From assembly GCA_038316195.1 (NCBI GenBank), contig JBBQAJ010000002.1, positions 22,773-86,772 on the forward strand: DNA of 64,000 bases, in the 5' to 3' direction. The stretch is from Candidatus Saccharimonadales bacterium (GTDB lineage: Bacteria; Patescibacteriota; Saccharimonadia; Saccharimonadales; JBBQAJ01). Position numbers and translations under genes: made by a program. Shown here piece after piece: positions 19,839 to 29,543 of this stretch. The notes beneath the pieces were generated by a model that did not search any database, was not told the DNA's origin, and saw only the letters and a list, made by a program, of their open reading frames with translations. Within the stretch, counting starts at the first letter, position 1, and the number at the start of each line of letters is the position of its first letter.

Positions 19839-20111
19839 CTATTCTACAGTGACTTCGGTGCGGTAAGTTGTTCGGCCGGTAAAGTGTCGGACTCGGCGTT
19901 GGGAGAATTTTACTAGACCGTCTTTTGATGCATGTATTGTGAAGTTTCTAGACAGGAAAGTGCCGTTACCAGCTCTTTTTGTGCTTCCGGTTTGACGAAT
20001 TATAACTTGGCCAGTTTTTACAGCTTGCCCACCAAAAAGCTTAACTCCAAGTCTTTGACCTGGTGAATCATGATTGTTCTTACTAGTTCCGCCTGCTTTT
20101 ACGTGTGACAT
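19839..20111 (-). CDS. rpmA: 50S ribosomal protein L27
   Basis: MSHVKAGGTSKNNHDSPGQRLGVKLFGGQ matches the L27 N-terminal signature. Confidence 0.95.
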   Translation of the reverse strand: MSHVKAGGTSKNNHDSPGQRLGVKLFGGQAVKTGQVIIRQTGSTKRAGNGTFLSRNFTIHASKDGLVKFSQRRVRHFTGRTTYRTEVTVE

Positions 20112-20112
20112 C

Positions 20113-21375
20113 TTATTTCCTGGTTAATACTACTAATTCACGGGCTACGATTTGTTCTGGTCTGTGATAGATCAGGTCTGCGCTGTCCACATGAGTAAAT
20201 ATAGAGCGAGTATACCCCAAATCTGACAGATTATCAAGGATTTTAAGATGTGAAAATCCATATTTTGTTTTCCAGGCAGGTATGGCAATGCATAGTCTAA
20301 AGCCTGGATCAGTTTGGTGGGCAATGTTTTGCAAAAACTTTTTATGAATAGTGTCCACGTCACTCATAACTTCGCGAAGTATTTCAGGATTGGGTAGGGC
20401 AGAAAAAGGTCTACCTAAGTATGTTTCACAAGCGATTGTTAGGGGTGAGAGGTGAGGGTTCAGAGTTGTGTTTTTGTGCCAGTCAAAAGTTGTGGCATCG
20501 CCAACGGCGACGTTATAGGACTCGGAATTTATACCGTAACGACTAGCAAGCCAATCCAGATTTATTTTGCTATATTCCGCCATTCGAGATTCTAGGTCTG
20601 TGCCTAAAGCGTTATAGTTCATCAAGAGAGCTTCCTGGAGGATAACACCCGTACCACAAAATGGGTCCAAGATAGTTTGGTCCAAATTTGGGCGAGGTAT
20701 GACATCTCCAGCCGGTATATCACAGATTGAAGACAGCTTTTCCTCGGGCAATTTACCAACGGCAAGATTGATTATTATTTGAGCCAGTTTCGGTGGCAAC
20801 ATGCCGACTTTGGCATCTCTCTTTGGGCGTACTTGGTCACGCGCTGTGTATGCTTCTATATCCTGGATTTTAATTGTTTGAGCAACTATAGTTTTATTTT
20901 TATCACGGATAAAATATAACTCCCAACCAGTAGGTCCGGTTAGGTGATTGTGCAGCACTTGGGCGGTATTTAATTCGAGTGATTTGTTTGGAATGAGCCG
21001 AACTGAACGGCCAGTTTGTCGTATAGCTTTTTTGAGAGTGAGCCCAGTTATTTGAAGCTGTTTTAGTGTCACGTCTATACCGATTACGCTCAAACCCAAT
21101 TGCATTTTACCTTCAACCATTCGCTGGGAATGCTCTGGTGAAACATTAACTAAAAATTTTTCTATATCTTTCCAGTTTGTAGTATCCAGAATTGTCAGAA
21201 GTTTGCCAAATTTTACTGAACCTCCTAAACGGTCAAATGCCAGTAAGCAAGGATCTACATCTATAATGGCCGCTTGAGTGCCAATAGGATTGATTACCAA
21301 TTCACCATATAGGCTTTCAAGTTCGGCAAGCCCAAGAGCTGGTTGTCTGCCTAAAATTGCAACAGATTGTATCAT
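20113..21375 (-). CDS. Putative RNA N-methyltransferase (COG1041/Trm11-like, UPF0020 family)
   Basis: SAM motif I ILDPFCGTGVILQEAL is preceded by RPKRDAKVGMLPPKLAQIIINLA, which is typical of THUMP-associated N2-G methylases. Motif IV looks atypical. Confidence 0.6.
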   Translation of the reverse strand: MIQSVAILGRQPALGLAELESLYGELVINPIGTQAAIIDVDPCLLAFDRLGGSVKFGKLLTILDTTNWKDIEKFLVNVSPEHSQRMVEGKMQLGLSVIGIDVTLKQLQITGLTLKKAIRQTGRSVRLIPNKSLELNTAQVLHNHLTGPTGWELYFIRDKNKTIVAQTIKIQDIEAYTARDQVRPKRDAKVGMLPPKLAQIIINLAVGKLPEEKLSSICDIPAGDVIPRPNLDQTILDPFCGTGVILQEALLMNYNALGTDLESRMAEYSKINLDWLASRYGINSESYNVAVGDATTFDWHKNTTLNPHLSPLTIACETYLGRPFSALPNPEILREVMSDVDTIHKKFLQNIAHQTDPGFRLCIAIPAWKTKYGFSHLKILDNLSDLGYTRSIFTHVDSADLIYHRPEQIVARELVVLTRK

Positions 21376-21408
21376 GCATATTAGTATACCTTGTTATAAT
21401 AAATTCTA

Positions 21409-22482
21409 ATGAGCGATAAAGAGCGACAAAAACGATGGAAGTTAGCATTGACGGTAATTACAATGTTGGCGCTTGGTTTGTTAGCATTCGCTGTACGTAA
21501 GCAACTTTTTGATACGTTAGAAAACCTTAAAAGTGTAAATACTTATGCAGTTTTACTTATCATTCCCCTGGAAATGTTAAATCATTTTTCACAGGGTAAG
21601 TTATATCAAGGACTTTTTAGGATTCTAGGTGAGCGTTTTAGGACAAGATCAATGATGCGCCTAAGTCTTGAGCTAAACTTAGTGAATAGTGTTTTCCCTA
21701 GTGGAGGAGTTAGTGGTTTTTCGTATTTGAGCTTAAGGTTAAAAAGCGAAAAAGTTTCAACAGCGCAAGCCACATTGGTACAGTTGATGCGTTTCATACT
21801 TATATTTATTGCGTTTCAAATACTATTGTTTATTGGTCTAATCACACTTGCAATAGGTGGGCAAGCAAACAATTTCATAATACTCATAGCTGGATCAATC
21901 GGTACATTACTCTTTGTTGGGACATTTGCTCTAGCGTTTATTGTGGGTAGCAAGTCTAGGATTGATGCATTTTTTACTAGCATAGCTAGATTTTTAAATA
22001 AACTAATACACATTTTCAGGCGCAATAATCCCGAAACATTTAATATCGAATCTGCTAGAAATTCTTTCCTTGAGCTTCATGTAAATTACATGCACATTAG
22101 ACGTCACTTAAGTGTTTTGCGTAAGCCATTAATTTATGCTTTATTTGCCAATTTAACAGAGATAGCAGCTATTTATGTCGTATATATTGCGTTTGGTAAA
22201 TTCGTGAATCCTGGTGCGATAATTTTGGCTTATGCTGTTGCAAACTTTGCGGGTTTAGTTTCAATATTGCCTGGAGGAATAGGCATTTACGAAGGTCTTA
22301 TGACTGCAGTCTTGACGGCTGGAGGAATCCCGGCCGCTCTCAGTTTACCTGTAACAATAATGTATCGTGTCGTAAATATGTCTGCACAATTGCCAGTTGG
22401 ATATTACTTCTACCAAAAAAACTTACATGCAGTCACACCGTCCGAAGAATTTAAAGAATCCATAAAACTTGCTAAAAAATAA
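21409..22482 (+). CDS. UPF0104 / lysyl-PG-synthase-TM-like (flippase-like) integral membrane protein
   Basis: About 8 TM helices and a basic N-terminus (MSDKERQKRWKLALTVITMLALG), both typical of the family. Confidence 0.65.
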   Translation: MSDKERQKRWKLALTVITMLALGLLAFAVRKQLFDTLENLKSVNTYAVLLIIPLEMLNHFSQGKLYQGLFRILGERFRTRSMMRLSLELNLVNSVFPSGGVSGFSYLSLRLKSEKVSTAQATLVQLMRFILIFIAFQILLFIGLITLAIGGQANNFIILIAGSIGTLLFVGTFALAFIVGSKSRIDAFFTSIARFLNKLIHIFRRNNPETFNIESARNSFLELHVNYMHIRRHLSVLRKPLIYALFANLTEIAAIYVVYIAFGKFVNPGAIILAYAVANFAGLVSILPGGIGIYEGLMTAVLTAGGIPAALSLPVTIMYRVVNMSAQLPVGYYFYQKNLHAVTPSEEFKESIKLAKK

Positions 22483-22575
22483 ACAAACAGAATTAAAATT
22501 TCAACATGTAAGTCTATTAACAGAAAAGTTAAACATGGATTGGATTAAGTGGGTGGAATTGATAGAGTGGAAGAG

Positions 22576-23688
22576 ATGCATGAAATAGTTTTTTCACCTT
22601 CAGATTTTGTGGCAGTATTAAACCAAACTTTGGATTATGCCTATCCTTTGGTAATTCTAGAAGGTGAATTGGCAAATCTGCGTATTAGTCGTGGGAAATG
22701 GGTATATTTCGACATAAAAGATGAATTTGCCAGTGTAAAATGCTTTGGTACGGTTTACTTGCTGCCAGGACCACTGGAAGAGGGTATGATGGTCCGAATT
22801 GTCGCAAATCCTCGTATGCACCCGTTATACAATTTTAGTTTAAATTTGCAGTCCGTTGCTCCAATCGGTGAAGGTAGTATAAAACGTGCTTCGGACCTGC
22901 TTTTTGAAAAACTTGATAAAGAAGGTTTATTTGACAAATCACGCAAACGAAATATACCCTACGCGCCTGAAAATATTGGTTTATTAGCGTCAAAAGAATC
23001 TGCAGCTTACGCTGACTTCACAAAAATTTTAGATGCTAGATGGGGAGGAATAAAAATAAGTCATTATGATGTTCAAGTACAGGGTGAATCAGCTGTGGAA
23101 GGCATAGTTCAGGGAATAAGTAGAATAAACCAATTACCAAATCTTCCCGTAGTTTTGGTAATAACTCGAGGTGGTGGTAGTAAGGATGATTTAGCAATAT
23201 TTAATAATGAACAAATTGTACGTGCAATTGCGGGCAGTAGAATACCCACAATTGTTGCAATCGGACACGAAATTGATACTAGTTTGTCTGAACTTGTTGC
23301 TGATTTGCGTGCAAGTACGCCAAGTAACGCAGCTGAGCTTTTAGTTCCAGATAAGCGACAAATTCTACAGCAACTTATAAAAACTAAAGCGCAACTTCCA
23401 CTAATTCTAAAAAATACATTAAATTTGCAGACAGATTATTTACAAGCACTAACAAAGGTTATGATAACAAATATTGATAAAGTTTTTTTAAGAAGCATAG
23501 AAATCTTACAAAAAAAATCACAAATACTTTCAATACTGAATCCAAAGTCAGCGCTTGAGCGAGGTTATGCCATAGTTAGAAAAAATGGTTTGGCAGTTAA
23601 AACGGTAAAAAAACTCCAGATTGGTGACAGAATAACTCTCGTAATCATTGATGGTAGTGCTGATGCTACGATAAATAAGGTAAACTAA
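22576..23688 (+). CDS. xseA: Exodeoxyribonuclease VII large subunit
   Basis: N-terminal OB-fold and the ITRGGGSKDDL motif, followed by xseB. ATG 22576 (after GGAAGAG) is preferred over the tracked GTG 22549. Confidence 0.9.
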   Translation: MHEIVFSPSDFVAVLNQTLDYAYPLVILEGELANLRISRGKWVYFDIKDEFASVKCFGTVYLLPGPLEEGMMVRIVANPRMHPLYNFSLNLQSVAPIGEGSIKRASDLLFEKLDKEGLFDKSRKRNIPYAPENIGLLASKESAAYADFTKILDARWGGIKISHYDVQVQGESAVEGIVQGISRINQLPNLPVVLVITRGGGSKDDLAIFNNEQIVRAIAGSRIPTIVAIGHEIDTSLSELVADLRASTPSNAAELLVPDKRQILQQLIKTKAQLPLILKNTLNLQTDYLQALTKVMITNIDKVFLRSIEILQKKSQILSILNPKSALERGYAIVRKNGLAVKTVKKLQIGDRITLVIIDGSADATINKVN

Positions 23689-23692
23689 AGAA

Positions 23693-23878
23693 ATGGCGAT
23701 TAAAAAAACATATATGCAAATGCAGACTGACTTAGATTACGTTTTGGAACAGTTACAATCCGAAAACTTGGATGTAGACAAAGCCATTGAGCTTTATAAA
23801 AAAGGACAAATACTTGTAGAAAAGTTAGAAGAATATCTAAAAACTGCCAAAAATGAGATTGAGAATATCAAAAAATGA
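23693..23878 (+). CDS. xseB: Exodeoxyribonuclease VII small subunit
   Basis: A 61-aa helical protein immediately after xseA. Confidence 0.85.
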   Translation: MAIKKTYMQMQTDLDYVLEQLQSENLDVDKAIELYKKGQILVEKLEEYLKTAKNEIENIKK

Positions 23879-24363
23879 CCTGGCTGTTGCTTGTCGGAGT
23901 GTTTTTTATACTAATATTTAGTTTTGTAATTGGATTCGGAGCACCTTTTTTGCCCACATTGAAGGCAAGAACACCAGACATTTTTAAATTATTAGAAATG
24001 AAAACAGGTCAAACAATACTAGAATTAGGTAGTGGAGACGGCAGAATATTACGTGCAGCAGCAGAAAGGGGTGTGTATGCAATCGGATATGAATTGAATC
24101 CAGTATTGGTAGTTTGGAGTATGTTAAAAAACTGGAAATATCGAAAATATATTAAAGTTCATTGGGGTAACTATTGGCACAAAAAGCTGCCAGTTACAGA
24201 TGCGATCTATGTTTTTTTATTGAATCCATATATGAAGAAATTGAATAATAAACTAGAACAAGAATTGAACGGAAAAGTGAAGGTTGTGAGTTTTGCTTTT
24301 AAAATTCCAGGGAAAAAACCAGAACAAGAATTGAACGGTTTATACCTATATGAGTATAACTAG
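23875..24363 (+). CDS. Small class I SAM-dependent methyltransferase with an N-terminal TM helix
   Basis: Motif I ILELGSGDGRIL. Overlaps xseB by ATGA. Confidence 0.65.
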   Translation: MTWLLLVGVFFILIFSFVIGFGAPFLPTLKARTPDIFKLLEMKTGQTILELGSGDGRILRAAAERGVYAIGYELNPVLVVWSMLKNWKYRKYIKVHWGNYWHKKLPVTDAIYVFLLNPYMKKLNNKLEQELNGKVKVVSFAFKIPGKKPEQELNGLYLYEYN

Positions 24364-24411
24364 CACTCAAATACGTTGAATTATGGAGCTAACTCCGTTA
24401 ACATTAGCATT

Positions 24412-25137
24412 ATGCCTCCACAACAAAACAATCAACCTTTTCAGCCTTACCCGGTACTTGCATCTGCGACACCTCAAAAAACTGCTCCAAAAAAATCTAA
24501 ATCACTTATTTGGATAATAGCATTAAGTTTGTGTGTGTTATTGCTTCTCGGGGCACTCGGTTTTGGCTATTGGGCATATTCGTCCAGGCAGGATTATAAA
24601 AATAACTCTGATAAAAAATCACTTGCCGCGGTAACGATAGCAGTCGATAAAGAATCAACCAAAAAAGATAATGAATTTACTGAAAAAGAAAAAAATCCTC
24701 TTAAAACTTATCTTGGACCGGCAGCATTCGGAAGTATCGAAATTCAATATCCAAAGACGTGGAGTGCGTATGTCACCGAAACTGATAAAGGCGCAAGACC
24801 GATAAATGGGTTTTTCCATCCACTTTTTGTTCCCGATATACAGGGTCAGACAGCATTTGCATTAAGGATTGAAGTGACAAATCAATCATATGATCAGGAA
24901 ATGAAACAATTTGATGCAAAAGTAAAAGGAGGGAAGGTTACGGTGTCTCCTTATGCAGCAAAAAACGTTCCAGGTACGCCAGGGGCTAGAGTTACAGGAG
25001 AACTTTCGCCGGACAAAAAAGGTATTATGGTATTGTTGCCTATAAGGGATAAAACAATTAAAATATACACAGAATCACAACAGTTTGCAGGTGATTTTGA
25101 TAAAATAATATTAGCCAATCTGAAGTTTGTTCCGTAG
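24412..25137 (+). CDS. Membrane-anchored hypothetical protein
   Basis: A Q/P-rich N-terminus, one TM helix (LIWIIALSLCVLLLLGALGFGYWAY) and an extracytoplasmic beta-rich domain. The start is ambiguous: tracked TTG 24376 or ATG 24412. Confidence 0.6.
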   Translation: MPPQQNNQPFQPYPVLASATPQKTAPKKSKSLIWIIALSLCVLLLLGALGFGYWAYSSRQDYKNNSDKKSLAAVTIAVDKESTKKDNEFTEKEKNPLKTYLGPAAFGSIEIQYPKTWSAYVTETDKGARPINGFFHPLFVPDIQGQTAFALRIEVTNQSYDQEMKQFDAKVKGGKVTVSPYAAKNVPGTPGARVTGELSPDKKGIMVLLPIRDKTIKIYTESQQFAGDFDKIILANLKFVP

Positions 25138-25876
25138 AAGTTTATTATTCAATGGTGTTATAATTTCTGTATGTAAGGCGAGGGATAGTGCCTTGGTGTA
25201 TAGCAACTCAGAAGATCAATTATTTACAGCGCTTGCAGAACAGCTAAAAGTGCCATTACTTCAGATTGCACGGTTGAGCGAACTTTCTGAAGAATCTGTT
25301 TTGCCCAGAATATCTGCAGTTAGTGAGCATGCACTTAGGTTAGTTGATGCATATTCTCAGACTCATGCTCAAAATCAAACAGTATTGTTACTAGAGCCAA
25401 TAACGACAAGTGCAGTTTTGTACGATGTAGCCGTTGCCTTGCAGCCTTTTGCAAAACAATGGGATTTCAACATCGAGATTGATCTACAGGGCAAAGGAGT
25501 ACCAATTATGGGCCACAGGGATAGTTTGCGAACTATGTTGACTCTACTTGGTGCAAGTTTGATAGAAGCAAGTGTAGAAGATTCAGAGATTCCACGACAT
25601 ATTGTTCTTGGAACTCATCGAAATGCGAGGGGAATAGTAGTAGGTGCTTTTAGTAGTCATTTGGCTCTATCGCAGAGGGCACTGCAACTTACTAGAGAAC
25701 TCCATGGTCGTGCTACGCAAGCCGTACCATCACTTGGGTTGGCAGGTGGAGCAGGATTAGCGATTGCTGATAAACTAAGTGAGCAAATACATGCTCCCTT
25801 AAGGGCGTATCGGCATCGCTCACTTTCAGGCATAGGCAGTTTATTAGTACCCAGTCATCAATTACAATTAGTTTAG
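25127..25876 (+). CDS. Degenerate histidine-kinase-like protein (DHp/CA-like core) with Glu at the phospho-His position
   Basis: FTALAEQLKVPLLQI aligns to the H-box consensus (f)SHELRTPL, placing E38 (25238-25240) at the His position. The N and G1 boxes are degenerate and a G2-like GGAGLAIA remains. There is no TM or sensor domain. GTG 25196 is an alternative start. Confidence 0.55.
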   Translation: MFRRSLLFNGVIISVCKARDSALVYSNSEDQLFTALAEQLKVPLLQIARLSELSEESVLPRISAVSEHALRLVDAYSQTHAQNQTVLLLEPITTSAVLYDVAVALQPFAKQWDFNIEIDLQGKGVPIMGHRDSLRTMLTLLGASLIEASVEDSEIPRHIVLGTHRNARGIVVGAFSSHLALSQRALQLTRELHGRATQAVPSLGLAGGAGLAIADKLSEQIHAPLRAYRHRSLSGIGSLLVPSHQLQLV

Positions 25877-26253
25877 TGAATATATTGCTTGTTGAACCGG
25901 ATCAAATATTGGGTGAAATCGTAAAGTCTGCGCTAGAGATACATGATATTAGTGTAGCTTGGAAGCGATCAGCACAAACGGCGCTAGATTCTTTGGATGA
26001 TGCAGTTCCAGATTTAATAATTTTGGAATTGCAGTTGGGTCTGCACAATGGAATTGAATATTTATATGAAATAGCTTCGTACCCTGAGTGGCAGGATATC
26101 CCAGTTATTGTTCACACCATAAATTCTAAAGCTTTGGATGAAATATTTTGTAATTCATTCGAGCAACTCAACGTTAAGGCCGTTCTGTATAAACCGAAAA
26201 CAAGCACCGTGAAATTATTACAGGTCGTAAATCAGTTTGCTGTAGTTACATGA
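25876..26253 (+). CDS. Atypical receiver-domain protein with Glu at the phospho-acceptor Asp position
   Basis: REC-like layout: LLVEPDQ, PDLIILELQLG with E51 at 26026-26028 where the Asp is expected, VIVHT, YKPK. The conserved Thr and Lys are retained. Confidence 0.6.
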   Translation: MNILLVEPDQILGEIVKSALEIHDISVAWKRSAQTALDSLDDAVPDLIILELQLGLHNGIEYLYEIASYPEWQDIPVIVHTINSKALDEIFCNSFEQLNVKAVLYKPKTSTVKLLQVVNQFAVVT

Positions 26254-26942
26254 AGCAGACAATAACAAATGGCATAGTACTTACTCGAACAAATTATCAA
26301 GAAGCAGATAGAATAATTACTTTTCTTACCCCAGAATATGGAAAAATAAGTGTACTGGCAAAAGGAGTACGAAAAAGTAAATCCAAAATGGCAGGTGGTA
26401 TAGAGCTTTTTAGCGTATCAGAAATAGGGTATATCCAAGGTAAAGGGGCTCTTTCTACACTGACCACTACCAGGCTGGAAAAATATTACGAAAACATAGT
26501 GAAAGATATAAATCGCACAATGTTAGGCTATGATCTTATAAAACTACTTCATAAAGTTACCGAAGATCAACCTGAACATGAATATTTTGACTTACTTTTA
26601 GAAACTTTTGAAGCACTTAATAACTCCAAAATTGATCAAGAGCTTATTAAGCTTTGGTTTTACGCACAATTACTTCGAATAGCAGGACACACACCAAGTA
26701 TGCGTGTAGATTCTACAGGAAATCAACTAAAAGAAGCTGGTAAGTACATTTTTTCATATGATGATATGGTTTTTAACTCACACCCAGAAGGGTTATATGA
26801 GGGAAATGACATAAAATTTTTGCGTCTTGTTTTTAGTGGAAATTCACCCAAGCTTTTACAGCAAGTAAAAGGAATAGAAAAACTAATCAAACCTTCCCAA
26901 ATCTTAATTCAAACAATCTTACCAAACCATATCAGGGTTTAA
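26250..26942 (+). CDS. recO: DNA repair protein RecO
   Basis: N-terminal OB-fold signature (IVLTRTNYQEADRIITFLTPEYGKISVLAKGVRK). Overlaps the upstream gene by ATGA. Confidence 0.88.
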   Translation: MKQTITNGIVLTRTNYQEADRIITFLTPEYGKISVLAKGVRKSKSKMAGGIELFSVSEIGYIQGKGALSTLTTTRLEKYYENIVKDINRTMLGYDLIKLLHKVTEDQPEHEYFDLLLETFEALNNSKIDQELIKLWFYAQLLRIAGHTPSMRVDSTGNQLKEAGKYIFSYDDMVFNSHPEGLYEGNDIKFLRLVFSGNSPKLLQQVKGIEKLIKPSQILIQTILPNHIRV

Positions 26943-26974
26943 AGCACGAATCTTATAATCTTCAAACAATATTA

Positions 26975-27003
26975 TTGACATATAAGCATAAGCATGTTAG
27001 TAT
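26975..27003 (+). promoter_or_regulatory. Sigma-70-type promoter
   Basis: TTGACA (26975-26980), a 17-nt spacer, then TAGTAT (26998-27003). The next ATG is at 27013. Confidence 0.55.
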
Positions 27004-27012
27004 GTGTGGGCT

Positions 27013-27378
27013 ATGACAAAAACAAAACAATTCGGAATAAATGATATTGCTGTTGAATTCGGTTCAAAAAGGGCGTTTGATGCAGAACAAAGAGATTCTT
27101 CTAGAAGAACAGCTAAAATACCAATACCTGAGTCTAGGGATCAAGAACCTACACAAGAAGAATGGGACCAGTTTGCTTCTAATCCAAATTCATTGCATAT
27201 TGCTAGAAATATTGGTGACACTGCATTGGGAACACCTAATGAAGTTGTCTTTAATGATACTTCTAACCCAGAAACCAATAAAGTAGACCCAAAATCTGAT
27301 GCAGAAGTGGCGAATGACGTATATGATGCTGCAGTCAATGGTGGAAATTTATTGAGTAAGCTTCCACCTAGATATTAA
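27013..27378 (+). CDS. Hypothetical acidic protein (121 aa)
   Basis: ATG 27013 is preferred because the tracked GTG 27004 directly abuts the -10 box. No recognisable motif. Confidence 0.55.
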   Translation: MTKTKQFGINDIAVEFGSKRAFDAEQRDSSRRTAKIPIPESRDQEPTQEEWDQFASNPNSLHIARNIGDTALGTPNEVVFNDTSNPETNKVDPKSDAEVANDVYDAAVNGGNLLSKLPPRY

Positions 27379-27447
27379 TTATCTGGTTATCAAGTTCTAG
27401 TCTTGTATAGAATACAAACACCTTATCGGTTATAATCTGTAACCAAG

Positions 27448-28746
27448 ATGAGTGAAGTAAAGCTAGACGAAATTGTCAGTTTGTGTAAACGCAGAGGGTT
27501 TATATTTCCTGGCTCTGATGTATATGGTGGTTTGAGCGGGACTTGGGACTACGGTCCTCTAGGCTTGGCTCTTAAGAAAAACATCATGAACTTGTGGTGG
27601 AAGATGTTTGTTGATGATCGTGACGATATGTATGGAGTAGATGCATCAATACTTATGAACCAAAAAGTTTGGCAAGCCAGTGGTCACGTTGAGACATTCA
27701 CAGATCCATTGGTCGAATGTAGTAACTGTAAAGCCAGGTTGCGAGCAGATCACGTAATTGACGGAAAATGTTCTAACTGTGGCAAAAATGGTACATTGTC
27801 GGAAGCTCGTCAGTTTAATATGATGTTCAAAACTAATATCGGACCAGTTGATGACGAAAAATCTGTTAGTTATTTGAGGCCAGAAACAGCTCAGGGGATA
27901 TTTACTAATTACAAAAACGTTGTGGATACTTTCTATCCAGACGTACCTTTCGGAATTGCACAGCAGGGAAAAGCATTTCGAAATGAAATTTCACCACGAG
28001 ATTTTGTATTTCGATCCAGAGAGTTCGAACAGATGGAGATTGAGTATTTTGTACATCCTGATAATTGGGAAAAAGAGTTTGAAGATTGGGTAAAAAAAGT
28101 GTATAAGTTTTTAGACGCAATTGGGTTGCCAAAAGATAAAATTCACGAAACAGAAGTTTCAGATTCTGACCGAGCTCACTACAGCAAACGAACTATTGAT
28201 TTTGAATTTGATTTTCCACATAGACGAGATGAGCTTTTAGGCTTGGCTTATAGAACAGATTTTGATTTGCAGAATATACAAAATTCATCTGGTAAAAACA
28301 TGGAATATCGCCCAAAAGACGGGGGAAAAGCATTTGTACCACATGTGATAGAGCCAAGTTTTGGAGTCGAACGGACAATTATGGCCGTATTGGTTTCTGC
28401 ATATGCCCAAGACGAACAAAACGGTGAAAAGCGAACCTTCTTGAAGTTACCTATACACATTGCCCCAGTTAAAATAGCTGTTAGCCCGCTACTAAAAAAC
28501 AAACCAGAACTAGTTGCCAAAGCTCGCGAAGTTTACGGAATGCTAAAAAAAGAGTTTGGAAACGTTATATTTGACGACAATGGTAATATAGGCAAAAGAT
28601 ACCGCAGGCAAGATGAGATCGGTACCCCATATTGTGTAGTAATAGATTTTGATACCCTTGAAGATAATACAGTCACAGTACGAAGTAGAGATACTACTTC
28701 ACAAAATCGTATTAACGCAAATGAGCTTATTGGTAAATTGGGCTAG
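27448..28746 (+). CDS. glyQS: Glycyl-tRNA synthetase (dimeric class II type)
   Basis: Contains LCKRRGFIFPGSDVYGG, LRPETAQG and FRNEISPR, plus a C-terminal anticodon-binding domain. Confidence 0.95.
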   Translation: MSEVKLDEIVSLCKRRGFIFPGSDVYGGLSGTWDYGPLGLALKKNIMNLWWKMFVDDRDDMYGVDASILMNQKVWQASGHVETFTDPLVECSNCKARLRADHVIDGKCSNCGKNGTLSEARQFNMMFKTNIGPVDDEKSVSYLRPETAQGIFTNYKNVVDTFYPDVPFGIAQQGKAFRNEISPRDFVFRSREFEQMEIEYFVHPDNWEKEFEDWVKKVYKFLDAIGLPKDKIHETEVSDSDRAHYSKRTIDFEFDFPHRRDELLGLAYRTDFDLQNIQNSSGKNMEYRPKDGGKAFVPHVIEPSFGVERTIMAVLVSAYAQDEQNGEKRTFLKLPIHIAPVKIAVSPLLKNKPELVAKAREVYGMLKKEFGNVIFDDNGNIGKRYRRQDEIGTPYCVVIDFDTLEDNTVTVRSRDTTSQNRINANELIGKLG

Positions 28747-28798
28747 TATTTAGGGTTTCAATAGTTCGAATAATGAATATTGGTTGTATAATTCCTAT

Positions 28799-29182
28799 AT
28801 GACCCAAACACTTACAATTATTGGATTTATCGTAATTTTCGCGATTATTGGTGGACTTTACCTAAAAAAGAAAAATATGTCTTTTGATGGAGAGGTTATC
28901 GATAAAGATATAAAAGAAACGGATAATATCAATAATACAGTGAACAATATGGACAGACCTGGAACCATTTCGTTTGGTAACAAGAACAACGTTTCACATT
29001 TTTACAGCATAAAGGTCAGGACTACGGCAGGTAAAGATATTCATTGGAATATTTCTGAAGGAAAATACGAGATTATAAAAATTGGAGATTTTGTAACTAA
29101 ACGATCTGGTACTACAGACATTGAAATCATACAAAAAATTGCGGACACGAATGAGCAGTCTCCCGTAGCACGTTCAGGCTAA
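28799..29182 (+). CDS. Hypothetical single-pass membrane protein
   Basis: ATG 28799 lies 6 nt after TATAAT (28787-28792). Has an N-terminal TM helix (LTIIGFIVIFAIIGGLYL). The tracked ORF starts at TTG 28784, inside the -10 box. Confidence 0.55.
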   Translation: MTQTLTIIGFIVIFAIIGGLYLKKKNMSFDGEVIDKDIKETDNINNTVNNMDRPGTISFGNKNNVSHFYSIKVRTTAGKDIHWNISEGKYEIIKIGDFVTKRSGTTDIEIIQKIADTNEQSPVARSG

Positions 29183-29543
29183 AGATCATGTTCAAATTAG
29201 TTTTCAGTTTTTTATGTTTTCGGTTGTAGTAGGCGTAAAGTCAACATTTCCTGCCGAAAATAAAACCTACCTATTACGAATATATTTCGAATGAGCAATT
29301 TAGCATTAGGGAGTTTTCCAAGCATTATGATTATTGTGACTTTTGCATAATTACCCTGACTACATTTGGCCAAGTATTTTATTGATAATTACTTCATGTG
29401 GACAATCAGATTAGTAATTTTGATTTTGTAGATTATTATTACAGTTATTAATACTCAACTAATAAATCATGTACATATAAAATTAACGAAATTAACAAAT
29501 AGAAATACTGAAAAGATTATTTTATTGATATGATTGTAAGAAT

